A DNA stretch of 64,000 nucleotides from Octopus vulgaris (lineage: Eukaryota): assembly GCA_951406725.2 (NCBI GenBank), contig OX597814.1, positions 164,114,001 through 164,178,000 of the forward strand. Reading direction: 5' to 3'. The translations under genes were made by a program, and so were the position numbers. Within the stretch, counting starts at the first letter, position 1, and every line of letters begins with the position of its first letter. This document shows positions 34,958-48,810 of this stretch, one piece after another. The notes under the pieces are model-generated. The model saw only the letters and a list, made by a program, of their open reading frames with translations, ran no database searches and had not been told where the DNA came from.

Positions 34958-36599
34958 TTCGTTTTGTGTAGAACCAAAGAGAATATTTTAGTATTGTTAG
35001 TTTGCATGTTTAGAGTAGTAGATTGGCAGAATCTATAGAACATCAGACAAAATCCCTTGCTAGGAAGGAATTTCAACCGTGTTTCGTGGTCTGCTACCGC
35101 AACAGCTCCTTTATAGGATCTAGTTAGCTCAAGACATCATCAGGAGGAACCACGTCCAGTTTCGGCCCCTACTCCTATACCGTTTTGACGTGGCGGGGGC
35201 CCCCCATTTCGGAGTTGTCTTCAGCTCTGGTGTTGGGTGCATGTCTTCTTTCTTCTGTTCCTTGGCCTCTTAGTTACATCCTTTTATATTCTAAGTTCAA
35301 ATCCCAGTGAGGTCAACTTTGTCATTCATCCCTCAAGTGTCAATAAAATAAGTACCGGTCAAGCGCAGGGATTAACAGTGAGCTGGCAGAATCATTAACA
35401 TGCTAGGCAAAATGCTTAGTGGCATTTCATCCATCTTTATGTACTCTGAGTTCAAATGCCACTGGGGTCAACTTTGCCTTTCATCCTTTCAAGATCAAAT
35501 AAAATAAGTATCAGTTGAACACTGGAATTAATGTATTTTACTTAGCCCTCCTCCAAAAATGCTGGCCTTGTACCAAAATTTGCAACCAATAATATCAATT
35601 ATTTCTCCCTTTCTTCTCTACAAGCTTTGTGCCTGTTAGAAATTACTAATTTACTAATCTTTCTGTCTAGCGTTCTTTCTCATTGCCTTCTAATCCTTTT
35701 TACATTCAGATTATGTGTTGTTATTAGTACCACTAATATGTTAATACCTTTTATCTAGTGTTCAGCATTTGCTTCTGTCTTAAATACTGATTTAATACAT
35801 CTGATGTTCTTCTGATTTTCCACATTTCTTTTTGAGACTTGTGTCTTTTTATTCCTAAATACTTATATCATAATTGTCATTTAATGTCTGTATTCAGTGT
35901 TAGCATTGGCTGGACAGTTCAGCAGAATCCAACAAACCACAGGACTGCATTGACTTCCAGTGTCAGTTTTGGCATTGTTTGTACAGTTGGATGCCTTTCC
36001 TAACCACTTTACAGAGTGTAGTGGATAGTGGGTACTGGCACTTGTGAGGTCACCAAGTAACTCTCAAGACTAGACCCTCTCAACTGAATGGGGGTGCAAT
36101 ACTGAGAGAGGTGGCTTTGTGTCAGGTGTTGGGAAGCTAAAGTATGATATAGATCCAGGAACGAGTGTCTTACTGTTGAAGAGATACATGACTACCCCTC
36201 CAGAAAAGGAGAAAGGATGGTAGGGATGAGGTATCAGGGTGTATCCTCAAGGTAGAAAAAAGTGGATAAAGAGAGAATAGAGATGACTTCCATTTTTATT
36301 TAACTTTTTATCTCTTTATAGATTTCCTCTTTTTAAGATAGTCTTTGACACATCGTTCCATATCCATTCTTGACTTTTGTACTTTTTGTAATAATAAGGC
36401 CAACTCATCATCAACATATAATCAGTAATCATTTACAGAGAGCTGTTTAATGGCCAGTCATTTTGTAACAGTTATATCTGCTGACAATTTGATCACTGAG
36501 ACTGCTGTGCAGAAGTGTCTCTTCAATTCTCACCCAACCTCCACAAAACTATATAATTGTTTCTTACCAACTCTTGACTTATTTGGCAAACTGATATTT

Positions 36600-38905
36600 G
36601 AAGAACCTATGATAATATAATGGAATTATTATTTACAGCCATAATTTTTTTTATCAAACATTCTTATTCCAGTAATAATAAACACACACACTGGTTCGAT
36701 CCTTTATTGTTATTGTTCAGTATTGTTCATGTTGTTGTTTCTCTTTTCTTTCTCTTTTTTTTTTGTCAAATTATTATTTCATCGCATTGTTGCAGTCTTT
36801 TCAGTGACGTATCTGTCTGAGATGAGTGTATGAATGTGTGTGTGTTTATACGTATGTCTGTGCATCCATGTGTGTGTGTGTGTTTTAAATATTGACTTAT
36901 GTAATTTTTCATACACATAAAGTAGCGGTTTTGGTTTCCTCTTTGTTTTCTTCGCAAACCTGTTCAGCCATATGACATTTCTCTCAAAGACAGTTAAACC
37001 GTCTTCTTTGTTTGATAAATGTTGAATAAATTGATGTCTATCTGTGCATGAGTATGAGCATGTGTGTCTGTGAGCATAGGTCTGTGACTCGGTGTGTCTT
37101 TGTGTGTATGTTTGTGCATTTGTATGTAAGTTCCAGTGTGTACATGTGTACATCTGTATGCATGTGAGCATGAGGACATGTCTCCTTGTGTGTGTGCATC
37201 CATAGGTCTTTGTAAGGCCTATGCTTATTGAGAGTATTTACTACTCAAAACCGGTCGTGTTTCATTTATGAAGACTGGCTCCCGTATCTGTCATAGTGAT
37301 GAATCATCTGGGTGTCAAGACAGGATTTCTATGCTAATCCAGTTCAGTACACCACCATGTTGTTCTTTGGCTTGCTTGTAGAGCATCAAGGCTTGTATTT
37401 GATCCCTGTACTCCTTCCCAGCCAAACTTCTCGCCGTTTCACCTATGTATGCAGTCTTCCGGTTTTTACAATCACCATCCATGCAGTTTATTCAGTAAAC
37501 TACATTTCTAGTTTTGCAATTGACACCAGGATTATATTTGCACACTACACAGTTCTCCTCTTTCTGAAAAGGTATGTTTTGCATATTATTGACCTGATGG
37601 ATCTCACTGGTTTTTCCATGAATTTTGTGTTCAACTTAGTATCCTTCAGGATTTTGCTAAACTTATGGGCTAGTTCCCTGTGTGGTGTGGCTTCTACAAA
37701 CATCACACCTTGGATATTGTCAGCATTGTACCATGTGTTCTTTTTGTTCGTTTTATCATAAATTCTTTGTATTTTATTCCACTGCTTACTACGGTACCTA
37801 AGTTGTGTTCCATCGACATCCTTATTTACAATCTCTTCATTTTCTTGCTTGCCCCTTGTACACTTGGATACTATCTTTCTGGTTGTATCCCAAAAATTGC
37901 ATGAAATGCATGAAGTCTTGTGTGTGTTTCTGTTTCTCCCAGGGTTTTCACAGAGGAGATATGTTTTTCATTATTCTGACTAAGTCAGCTATTAATATAT
38001 TAATTTTCACATTGTGTGATAGAGCCAAAGTCTTGTGGATTACATACTTCAAGGACATGGGTTTCATATGGTGTGAGTGGAGAATTTGAACTTTGTTATT
38101 AATAGTTTCTAGCCAAAACTCTGCATCGAGGACCGGAAGTCTTTTGTTTGGGTGCCTTGTTGGGTAATGTATAGTTACCCTGATGCTTTGGTGTATGGAA
38201 TTAGCTAATCGCTGGATGCTTTCCATCATGATCCTCTTGTTTTCTTCAGTCTGACTGTTCGATGATATCTTGACTATGATGTTGATGTCATCCACATATT
38301 TCCCATACATTCTGATTGCTACTGAGCATTCCTCAAGAGTTTTCTGTTCCACCAGGTCATGAATAGGCCCGCCACATCCCCAGTCACACTGACACCAATG
38401 GCTTCCCACTGGGCTTATATATATAGCTTCTCATTGAATTTAACTATATGGTTCTGTAGGATGGTCTTTAGACTTGCACCCACTGCATGTGCAATCATTT
38501 TCCGTGTCTGGACGTTATCCCCTGGGTTGCGGGTGGATGCATTCCATCCACTCCAGCTCTCTGCAGTGTTTTTCGTAGCTGCTGATATGATTGTGGGTGG
38601 TCTACCGCATTCCAACCTGGTGGGGCAGAATCTACTTAGGTCATGATGATACAAGTATTCTCTATCGTAAACGAGCTTCAGGAGAAGGCCCGGTTCCCTC
38701 ATGTTCACCTCGCAGAAGACTACTTTGCTCTCAGAAATAATTTCTACAGCAAAGTCAATGTCAAAAGATGGATAGAGTGATACCACATCCATACTACCTA
38801 CTACACAATCTGTCAGGTTGTGAGAATGGTTACATTCATTAACCCTGCTGAGGAGGTCTTCTGTACTTTCACAAACACCAGGAGACTTCTCAGTAAGTGG
38901 TTTAA
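36600..38905 (-). mobile_element. Degenerate Penelope-like element (RT + GIY-YIG)
   Basis: MDVVSLYPS, YVDD, LPVLD (RT) and NVVY*INC..C..AYIGETAR (GIY-YIG, ~37420-37510); located in the PFDN4 U12 intron. Confidence 0.88.
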
Positions 38906-40139
38906 CACTTGCAAGAGGAAGTATGATAGCCTATAATTGCTGGCAATATTGGCACTACAAAGTACCTATAGTTGAAGGGTTTGAAATTTTAAAGACTGTA
39001 TCCTAATTTTCTTTGTTTTATTTTTTTTCCAAGTGAAGTGAAAGATAAGTGACTTCATGAAAAATATGTTTCAGTTCAGATTCCTTGCAAGCTTTTAAAG
39101 TATTTCTGGGATTTTGTTATTATTGATGTTATAAAATATATATTGGCCATTGCCAGTACCGCCAGACTGGCCCTTGCACTGGTGGCACGTAAAAACACCC
39201 ACTACACTCTCAAAGTGGTTGGCATTAGGAAGGGCATCCAGCTTTAGAAACTCTGCCAGATCAGATTGGAGCTTGGTGCAGCCTTCTGGTTCGCCAGTCC
39301 TCAGTCAAATCGTCCAACCCATGCTAGCATGGAAAGCGGACGTTAAATGATGATGATGATATTAGTAACAAAGGCAGTACTGAGAGGTAATATTTATTCC
39401 CACTTAATCATGGATGTTCTATTGGAACAAACTTTACTGCAGTAGATATTGGCTTTTGGTGCAAAATGCACACTTGTTTGTTGGTGGAAATTTATTTCCC
39501 CACTAGCAATATAAGCAAGAGTGCATTTTTGCTCTGAAAGCTTCACTCATAGTAAAGTTTGTTCTAACAGAACATCTACATTTAAATAGAAATAAATATT
39601 ATTGATGTTGTTTGGAGACTGTGACATAGCGGTATTTAGTCTCACTCTGCTTTGGATAACTTTGCCTTGTTATATCTTTGGAATATTTGGAATATATAAG
39701 AAACTGTACTTCAGATTTAAAACTTTGCACTAATGTGGTTACTATTCATATATAATTTTTATCTTTAGCAATTTCCAGAATGTTAAACTACCCAGGAGCC
39801 AGAACCATTATTTATTCCTTCTTGAAGCAATTATGATCAGCTCCTTATTATTCCAATTATGTTCATTAAAAATGCAATCAGAAAATTATCATCTTTTGGG
39901 TTTGTAATCCATTATATAACTATTTACCAGAAATTGCTTGTGCTGTTCTTAGACTTATTTTCAGTTTTTCATTTTGAGTATTCTCTAGTGTGAATACTTG
40001 AAAAATATTAGAATTTATTTCATAATGATTTATTTCAAATATTAATTTGTCCCTAATTATAATTTTTTTAGTTCTCATTTTTATTGCCCATCTAAAATTT
40101 TCAAGTTTCTTTATTAAAACATTCCTTAACTCTGCTCAC

Positions 40140-40341
40140 TTATCAAATTGGAGAAGTATTTTTACAGTTGAGTATTGATGCTGCCAATTCCAAATTAGAG
40201 GAAGACAAGAAAAAAGCTGAGACAACCATTACCAACCTTGAACAAGAATGTGAAACCCATAAAGCTGTTCTCTCAGACCTGAAGGTGCAATTGTATGCCA
40301 AGTTTGGAAACAATATCAATTTAGAAGCTGAGGAAGAATAG
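40140..40341 (+). CDS. PFDN4: PFDN4 coding exon 4 (P-YQIGEVF...VLSDLKVQLYAKFGNNINLEAEEE*)
   Basis: Conserved C-terminus LKVQLYAKFGxNINLE; exons sum to 402 nt, i.e. 133 aa plus stop. Confidence 0.96.
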
Positions 40342-40420
40342 TATTAAACTTAATAATTTAATTGTCTTATGTATTTGAAATATATTTCTGAACTTTTTGT
40401 CTTTATTTTGTACATTAAAA

Positions 40421-40434
40421 AATAAATGAATAAA
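40421..40434 (+). terminator. PFDN4 polyadenylation signals (two AATAAA)
   Basis: AATAAA at 40421 and 40429, about 80 nt after the stop codon, followed by T-rich sequence. Confidence 0.65.
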
Positions 40435-41719
40435 ATTATTATTTAAATTTCCTGCTTTTCTTTTATCCATGAAGTTATTTTAAACACACTCAGAACTTTA
40501 GCTGATGCACTGAAATTGTTCTCCATCAAACTAGAAATTATATTTTCTGATGTAAACTTTGATACACAGATAAGTTTCTACATACATTTAAGATTTTTCA
40601 CTATAGATAAATGAAACATCTACAACAGGCCCTATAGAGATTGGAACTTACTGGGCTCCTTATGTAACATATAAGAAATTTATAAGAATTGTAGTCCATA
40701 CAAAATGAGAAGGAAAGATGTTCATTATGTATTAATGATGGATTCCTAGTTAAAAGTAGAAAATATTCATATAAACTTGTATTTGAAATTTCACTTTATA
40801 AAAACAAACTAACAAAGAAAACCACCACATGGTTGTTTGTCTACAAGCAATAGAAAATAAATTTTCCTCAAATCATACCTTATCACATTGAAATAGGAAA
40901 GATAATTGATTGGATAATGCAACAACCCTATTATATATTCAAATATAATATTTAAAAATACAATGGAATAGTTATGGGGCTAAAGCACTTGTTTTGTATA
41001 ATTCCAGCCTTAATCAGGTAAGGATGTGCTAAGTCATATGCCTCAAGAGATCCTGTTGGGTGAAATTAGTTTGATAGTGTGATTTATGTTTAAATTGTAA
41101 GTTAATTTTTTATAGTGAAATATGGATGGATAAGAATTTGAGTAGAATGCTCTTCAGTGGGTAAAAGACTTAGCAAAATGAATTTAAGTATCAACTGCAC
41201 AAAACAATTACAGAAATGCTTAAGTTGTCAAGAAGGAGACAGCACATTGATACAAAAATTACTATATTTTTTTGAAGAAGCATTTGCTTAATCTTGGGAT
41301 CAGATTTGAACTGAAAACAATAAATATCTAGTCTGTTGATATACATAAGATACAAAGAAATCATTATTGAAACTTGAGAAACCAATTTTAGTGATTTGAC
41401 ATGATGCCCAGATTTTGAAATCAAAGAGAAGCTACAAGGGCTTGTGTTGTAAATATTTGTGTATGTCTACGATAGCCAATCATGAGAGGAAGCACATAAT
41501 TATACTAATTGGAACAATTGTACCATAATCTCCCTTGAAAACACGTTCATCATTTCCACATAACCTATGGTGGCATTGCTGTTTCCAAGGTTTATTTTCG
41601 TTTCCCTTATTAGTAATTTTACTCACATAGCTATCTTAAAATTAGCTGCTTGGCAGAGGATGACATGACAAGCCTTGACTATCGGGATCAACTCTAAAAG
41701 CTCAGGCTTTGCTCCCTCC

Positions 41720-42150
41720 ACCGCCACTGTGAACTCTATATCATCTGTATGATGTGGAAAATATTCCATCAACATTGCCCATCTTTAAAATTTGTCCGAG
41801 GCTTGAACCTCGTGCCATCCGTCCACTACAGAAATGTTCGTGTTGTATCACAACACTATGACACAACTATTTCACCTCAGTTGTCCCTGCTCTCTTCAAC
41901 ATCGTGCCAGACACACATAAAGGAGGAAAGTGACTTCATGGCATTCAAACGATCCCTAGATGATTACCCCCAACAAATACCAGACAAACCACCCACACCC
42001 AATATGTCTCTGAAAACAATAACCTTCTGCTTGAATGGGCTACGGTTCCCCTGAGTTGACTGTGTATCTCTTCCAGGTGGTGCTATTAAATTAGACATGG
42101 CCTGAGTCAACTTCGGCTGAAACTTATCTAAGTAATCTAATCTATGCTGT
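41720..42150 (+). mobile_element. CR1/Jockey-group LINE 3' end
   Basis: PALFNIVP..IKEESDFMAFKRSLDDY.QQIPDKP, a C-terminal pattern typical of invertebrate CR1-group LINEs. Confidence 0.6.
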
Positions 42151-42639
42151 AACTTTTTAATCAAAGTATGACAACATGGGTAGAGGCTGAATATCTTAAC
42201 ATTTCTGATGGTCTTAAATATAAAAAAAATTATTAAAGATTTATATAGAACTACATTCAGAGTATGTCTATAAGCTATTGTGTTTAGACCTGGTTTCTAT
42301 CCTCAAACTTCCTTTTTGTAGATGCAATTTTTTTTTTTTATAAAGCACTCTGAAAAATCAAAAATCTACAACAATCTTGGTCTCATAAATATCGGATAAT
42401 GGATTTTCAACTGTGTAAAGACACTGATTGTGGTGAAAGCAGAGACAATGTTGACAATGATGATGGTTAAGACAAGTATGGGAAGAGGTTATGTTTTTGC
42501 CAGCATTAGTTTAGGAAATTGGGCAGTTTTCAGCATGTGTGTATATGGGTGGAAATAAGCTGCTTGTTGGAGGTCTGTGCTCTCCGAGTGCTTTTCTAGT
42601 TTTTCACTGTAGCTTTCATAGTGAGACAGATTTGGTCCT

Positions 42640-42990
42640 CAAATACAGAGAGTTTACAAAAGCTAGAATGGAAATGAAGCAAGCATTCACTGATGGGTGT
42701 GTAATGTTGATGTGCATGGATGAGACACATATCTCGAAGGACAAATTGTACACAAGATGGATGAGATGTAGTTTGCAAGAAAGAAGACTGCATAGGTGCA
42801 GGCATGTAGTGCATATGGAAGACCATTTATATAAAGAAGTGGCTAGAACCTGTGGAAAGGGAAACCTAGAACGACATTGGATGAAGTGTCAAGATGCTGA
42901 GCTTCAGAAGATGACAAAGGACTGTCACAAATAGTACTAGAGAAAACTCATTCACCCATAAGAATAACAACATTGATTTTAAAATGGTAG
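42640..42990 (+). mobile_element. Old RTE LINE fragment
   Basis: Decayed CSLQERRLH..HVVHMED matching the C-terminus of the 31.5-kb element. Confidence 0.65.
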
Positions 42991-43022
42991 GATCTGATTA
43001 TCATCATCAGCAGCAGCAGTAA

Positions 43023-43395
43023 GTGGAGGCGCAATGGCCCAATGGTTAGGGCAGCAGACTCGCGGTCGGAGGATCGCGGTTTCGATTCTCAGACCGGGCT
43101 TTGTGTGTATTTATTGAGCGAAAACACCTAAAGCTCCACGAGGCTCTGGCAGGGGATGGTGGTGACCCCTGTTGTACTCTTTCGCCCCCAACTTTCTCTC
43201 ACTCTTTCTTCCTGTTTCTTGTCCCCGACTTCCTATGCAACTGCTGAGCCTGTATGCGCATTCATCCATCTGTTGATACTCTCGGTGTCGGGGGTTGACC
43301 TGCTTTCTCTTCTGCGGGTCTTACGAATAGCAAAGGACCATGTTTCGGACTTCTCCCATCTTGCGAGCTCTAGAACGAAGACCATTCGCTCAACA
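43023..43395 (+). mobile_element. tRNA-derived SINE with a distinct GC-rich 3' extension
   Basis: tRNA-like head with A/B boxes; diverges from the 15.6-kb copy after ~43220. Confidence 0.75.
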
Positions 43396-44344
43396 GCAAT
43401 AGCAGTTAACATCCAATTTCTATGCTGGCATGAGTTGGACAAGCCATCACAATCTGAGCCATTTCTTACTGGGAGCTACTGCTCTTATAGACTGGTGCTC
43501 CTATGTATCTTTGTGACTTGGTTTCTACAGGTAGATACCTGTCCTATTTTACAGTATGTACTGGGTATATGTTCTTGTGGAACCAGCCCTCAAGAGGACA
43601 ATAGGTCTACAGTGACATAGGACTATGCCTTCTCCACTTTACAGTTTGTATTGGATGTATTTTTCATACATCAGCACTAGGGTAGTTGTCAAGTCATCAG
43701 TGAGACAGGATTTTTGAACATCTCTGATCACTCACAAATCACTCAAAAGGGTGTGCAGGTGATGGTCTTGAGCTGACTGTCTGTCATGGTAACAGTATAT
43801 GAGAAATGAAGTATGTGTCTTGGACACTAAGTGTAGAGAGTACTAAAATAACCTTAGATGTGCTCTAAGAGTTGAGTAATGTGATCAAGGAGGATAACAT
43901 GGAAGGCTAGAATGTGTGAATGAAAAGAGTAAGAGTGGGATAGTAGAAACAGTGTTATTAGGGGAGGTGGGAGATGAGTGATGGGCAGAGGCAAGTTTGT
44001 ATAGTATTGGGTAGGCCAAAAGTCACACACAAAATACGATCAATACACTCCGGAAATGTCAAAGATATGCTTCAATTTTCCTAAAATTGAATAAAATAAT
44101 GAAGAATACACATGTACTTGTGCATGATGATCAAAATGAATAATAATAATAAAGGTAGTAATAATAATCTTTTCTACTCTTGAAATTTTGAGCGCAATCG
44201 ATTAGATTGACCTCAGTACGCAACTGGTACTTAATTTATTGACTCTGAAAGGACAAAACGCAAAGTCGACCTTGGTGGAATTTGAACTCAGAACATAAAG
44301 ACAGACGAAATACTGCTAACGTTTCTGCCAGCTTGCTACCTTAA

Positions 44345-44389
<45 letters not shown>

Positions 44390-44681
44390 TAATAATAATA
44401 GGTATGTCAAATGTATTGAGAAGAGTATTGTTGCTGTGTATTTTCTTTCCTTTTTTCCACTTCATTTTTTTCTTCTTTTTTCATTTTTTCCTATTTTTAA
44501 ATTTTTTCTTTTTTCCTATTCTTTTCTTTCTCTATTTCTTTCCCTTTTTTTCTACCACATGACTTTGTAAATGAACAATCTAGCATGTTTATTTTAATGG
44601 CTTACCAATGTATACAGTGAGTTTCTTTGCCCAGGTGTTGGGAAGACACTTGGCAAGAAATGGAAACAAAATTGAAAGAGG

Positions 44682-44728
<47 letters not shown>

Positions 44729-45999
44729 CCTTTCTACTATAGGCATGAGGCCTGAAATTTTGCGGGGAGGGGAGAGTCAATTTCATCAACACCAGTGTTT
44801 CACTGGTACTTAATTTATCTACACAAAAAGGATGAAGGGCAAAGTCGACCTCGGTGGAATTTGAACTCAGAACAAAGCAGCAAATAAAATACCACTAAGC
44901 ATTTCACTTGGCATTCAAGCAACTCGCCATCTTAATAATAATAACAATGTTTTCAAATTTGGCCACGAGAGCAGCTATTTTGAGGGAGGGAATAAGTCAA
45001 TTATATCAACCCCCAGTATTTCACTGGTACTTAATTTATTGACCCCAAAAAGATGAAAGGCAAAGTCGACCTTGGTGGAATTTGAACTCAGAACATAGCA
45101 GCAGACAAAATACCAGTAAGCATTTCGCCCAGCATGCTAACAAATCATACAGTGTTTTTCTATTTTTTAAACATCAGGCAGTTCTAGAAAGCTTTTATAG
45201 GTCCTCTAAGACCATTGATAATGAATGGTTAATGTCCCAATTGCAAAAGGATCACTTGAAGAGAAGAGATTCCAGAGAGCCAATGTTCTGGGAAGTAATA
45301 AATATGGACAGGTGTATGTAATATGAATGTTATAAGGTAGAGAAAGAAGTGAATCAAGAAGGCCTGAGTACAGATGTCACAAACCCAGTCAGCTCTAAGG
45401 AGCAGAGCCTACTCTGAAGAGGCATAGAGAAAAGATAGCACATATGAACCCAGAGGTCAGAGTGTGTTGGTGAACAACTTCCTTCCAATTAATCAGGTAA
45501 CCTTTCTTTGGATACAGTCTAAAGTGTCTGTATCTATAGCTCCATTGTGAGTCTCATCTGATATTTTACAAGGGTTAGTAATTGCTGTGCAACTATTATT
45601 TTCTCACCTTGAAGAGAAGGCTACTCTTTGTGATGCAATCTTTGCATAATGTTGAGGACAGACATTTGCCAGGTCTTTCATGGAACAATGGTTTTTCTCT
45701 GACAGCAGTTTTACATCTTCCAGATGCTTTTAGCTAGGCCAAAATAATGTCTTCACCACTTGACCCTTTCTAACCTGTGGCTTTGTGGAGTAATTTATTA
45801 AGTGCTTGAAAAATGCTAAGAGAATAAGCCCATACAGAAAATTTGGAGGGAGAGACCCTAAAGCAGATATGTACAATTATATTTAGCCAATATCTGGCAT
45901 TCTCTGCAAACATATAAGGAAAATATCAATTATGGATAAGGGACTGCAGACTCCAAACCTTGTCACAGGCAGTCTTTCTCTCACAGAGAAAAACTTTTC

Positions 46000-48600
46000 A
46001 TTCTTTTGGAAAGGCGCTATTGTTGATCAACATCATCTCTGTTGAGTTGGCTCTGCAATACACAATAAGTACATTAAGTCAGTCAGCACATCAACAGGCA
46101 TCTCATAACAAATTATATCCCTCTGCCTCCGCACAACAAAAGATGAGTCAACCTCATCAATGTGTATGTCCCTACACTGTGCATCATCAGAAGGAAAAAA
46201 CAAGTTCTACAATTATCTTGGAGAAACGGTTCATGTCATAAGAAGAGAAAAACCTCTCTACATATCAGATGATTTCAATGCACATGTAGGAAAAGATCAT
46301 CACTCCTGGCCACACATTTCAGTCATTACAAGCTTGGGAAATGAATGAGGATAGTCAGACACTTCTGGAGTTTTGCACCATGAATGGTCTTTCCATCAGT
46401 CACTTTCTTTACTTTAAAAGATCAACATAAGGTGTCATGACATCATCTCAGATTTTGTATTAACACACTGGAAGGACATCAATTGTTCCAAAATCATATG
46501 ATTCTTCCACAGTGGTGATGGTTAACAAGAGTAAGATAAAACACAAATGTATCTATTTGTCAAGACCAGTAACAAAGCCCAAGCTAAATGTTTCTTTATG
46601 CGTGAATGAGACTAAGAAATGCACTTTTGGTGCAAAGATAGCAAGAGAAGAAAAGTTTTTAAGACTTTGTATTCAGTGGATGAGGCATGGGTATCATTGG
46701 AAGGAACTGTCTATGAGGTAGCAAAGTTCAGTTATAGTGGCAAAGACTGAGTCAGGGATGATGCTGATACTCTAATGTCATTTATCAAGGAAAAAAGATG
46801 TTATTAGCTCGCAAGAAGAATTCATATCAATTAACTAAAATACCCTAAGTGACGCCAAAGCAGTTTGGCAGTGTGAATCAAGGAGGTGTGTAAATGTTTG
46901 CGAAGCTATTCGAGTGGCTTCAGATCTTGGTGATGCTAAGATAGTGCAAGGATATATTAAGACAGTGTTTGACCCAAGTGTCACAAATATAGCCATGCTG
47001 AAGACTGAAAATAACAAACCAAAAGAGGACAGACAAGAATAGTTACATTGATGGATTCATCACTACTAAAAATTATACACTATTCACACTCCAGCAAAAC
47101 CTGATTTGGAACAAGCTTTATCATCAGTTCATGTGCTTACCATATTAGATGAAGATCTCTCAGAGGAAAGCTTGTGTGAAAACAATCAACACTACCAAAT
47201 GGTAAACCAGTCAGAGAAGACAACATATATGTGTAAGTTTTGAAGAAGAATAAAGAAGTCCTTCTACTATACCTACACATTTTACTCTTTCAATGGTGAC
47301 ATCAAAAAATTTCTCACATGATGTACAAGCTAAAATTGTGACTTTGTATAAAAACAAGAGTGACAAAGGAAACTGCAACAACTACAGAGGAATTTCTCTA
47401 CTCAGGTAAAGTTTTCACAAGAATTATTCTGAAGTACCTGCAGCAGTTAACAGAACATATCTTAATAGTCTGACTTCAGACTGCACATTTAATAATAGAT
47501 ATAGTTTTTACATTGCAACATCTACAAGAAAAATGCAGAGAGCAAAGAAAACCTTTCTATATTGAATTCATTGACCTTATAAAATCATTCAATACAGTGA
47601 GCAGGCAGGCCCTAACCAAAGGTTTGGAGAACATTGGTTTCCTCCTATTCTTCTTCAGTTGATCATCTCTTTCCATGAAGATATGAATGCCTGTATCCAG
47701 CTTGATAGGTACACATCAGACTACTTCCAAGTCAAGCATAGAGTCAAACAAGGATGCCTCCTTACCCCTACCCTCTTTGGAATATATTTTGCTACTTTTC
47801 TTCATTGTGGATATACTCTGAATACTGCTTGAGAAATTTATTCACTTGAAATCCATCATATTTAGCATGAAGAACTGAATGGAGGAACTGGAAAATCTGC
47901 AACAGCATTCAGGAAGCTAAACAAAAGGGTAAAGGAAAATGTCAAGCTTAGAGCAAAGACTAACAGTCTCATCTGCCAGACATGTTGTTTCAATTCTTCT
48001 TTATAGAAGTGAGACATGGACAATATATTCAAGTAAAGAAAGAAGACTGGACAGCTTCCACATGTACTGTTTGAGGAGGATACTCTGCATAAGATGGCAA
48101 GAGAAAATTCCTGACACAGAAGTGCTCTGGAGAGCAGATGTCCCATCACTGTATTCCATATTTACATCCAGATAACTCAGATGTCTGGGGCATGTTACAT
48201 GAATGCATGACTTCAGAATCTCAAAGCAAGTGTTGTATGGAGAACTAACAGATGGAAGAAGGAGCAGAGGACATCTAAAGATATGCTTTAAGGGCAAACG
48301 TGAAACTACTCTGATAATAGAAACTCTCCATCAACCAAGGAAAAACAGGAAGAATCAACAAAGCAAAAGACTGGCTGTGCACAGTGGAACCACAGCTTAT
48401 GAAGACACTCAAATTCAACATGTTGAGGAGGCAAGACAAAGATGTAAGTGCACAACAATGGTAAACACATTTGCTTAAACATTGTTCAACAGCAGGCATT
48501 GTCAAAAACCATCTCAAACACATACAATTTAGCAACTATGAAAGGCGCTGTTCAAGGAGTCAGATGTAAGAAATGAAGTTACCATCTCTACAATGCTATT
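46000..48600 (+). mobile_element. Degenerate RTE/BovB-like LINE (APE + RT), many stops and frameshifts
   Basis: DFNAHVG (APE); IVTLYKNKSDKGNCNNYRGISLL, QEKCREQRKP, VKQGCLLTPTLF (RT); LLYRSETW, KQVLYGEL (C-terminus). Confidence 0.9.
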
Positions 48601-48708
48601 GACCGACCATGAAACCACTAACGAAGTATACCACTGGCTGATTTCACATAAAATTTAAATAGACAAAAATCTGATATTAGATGTACTTATATTAGTGGGA
48701 TGGTGGAT

Positions 48709-48810
48709 ATGACTCAAATTACTGATTGTATGTATATATTATGTATATATACATTATGACTCACTTGTATGTATACATTATGACTCAAATTACTGATTGT
48801 ATGTATATAT
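48709..48810. repeat. Short local tandem duplication
   Basis: atgactcaaattactgattgtatgtatatat occurs at 48709 and 48780 with a partial unit between. Confidence 0.8.

Larger units (their letters stand above)
34284..40139 (+). other. PFDN4: U12-type AT-AC intron (PFDN4 intron 3, 5856 nt)
   Basis: 5' ATATCCT; branch site TTCCTTAAC at 40122-40130; 3' terminus CAC. Splicing here restores the conserved IP-YQIG. Confidence 0.92.

Noticed and set aside
36766-37203. His/Thr-rich ORFs
   Set aside because: Translations of degenerate (CA)n/(TG)n sequence.
43023-43095. tRNA gene
   Set aside because: The tRNA-like head continues into a dispersed SINE body, with no proper acceptor stem or terminator.
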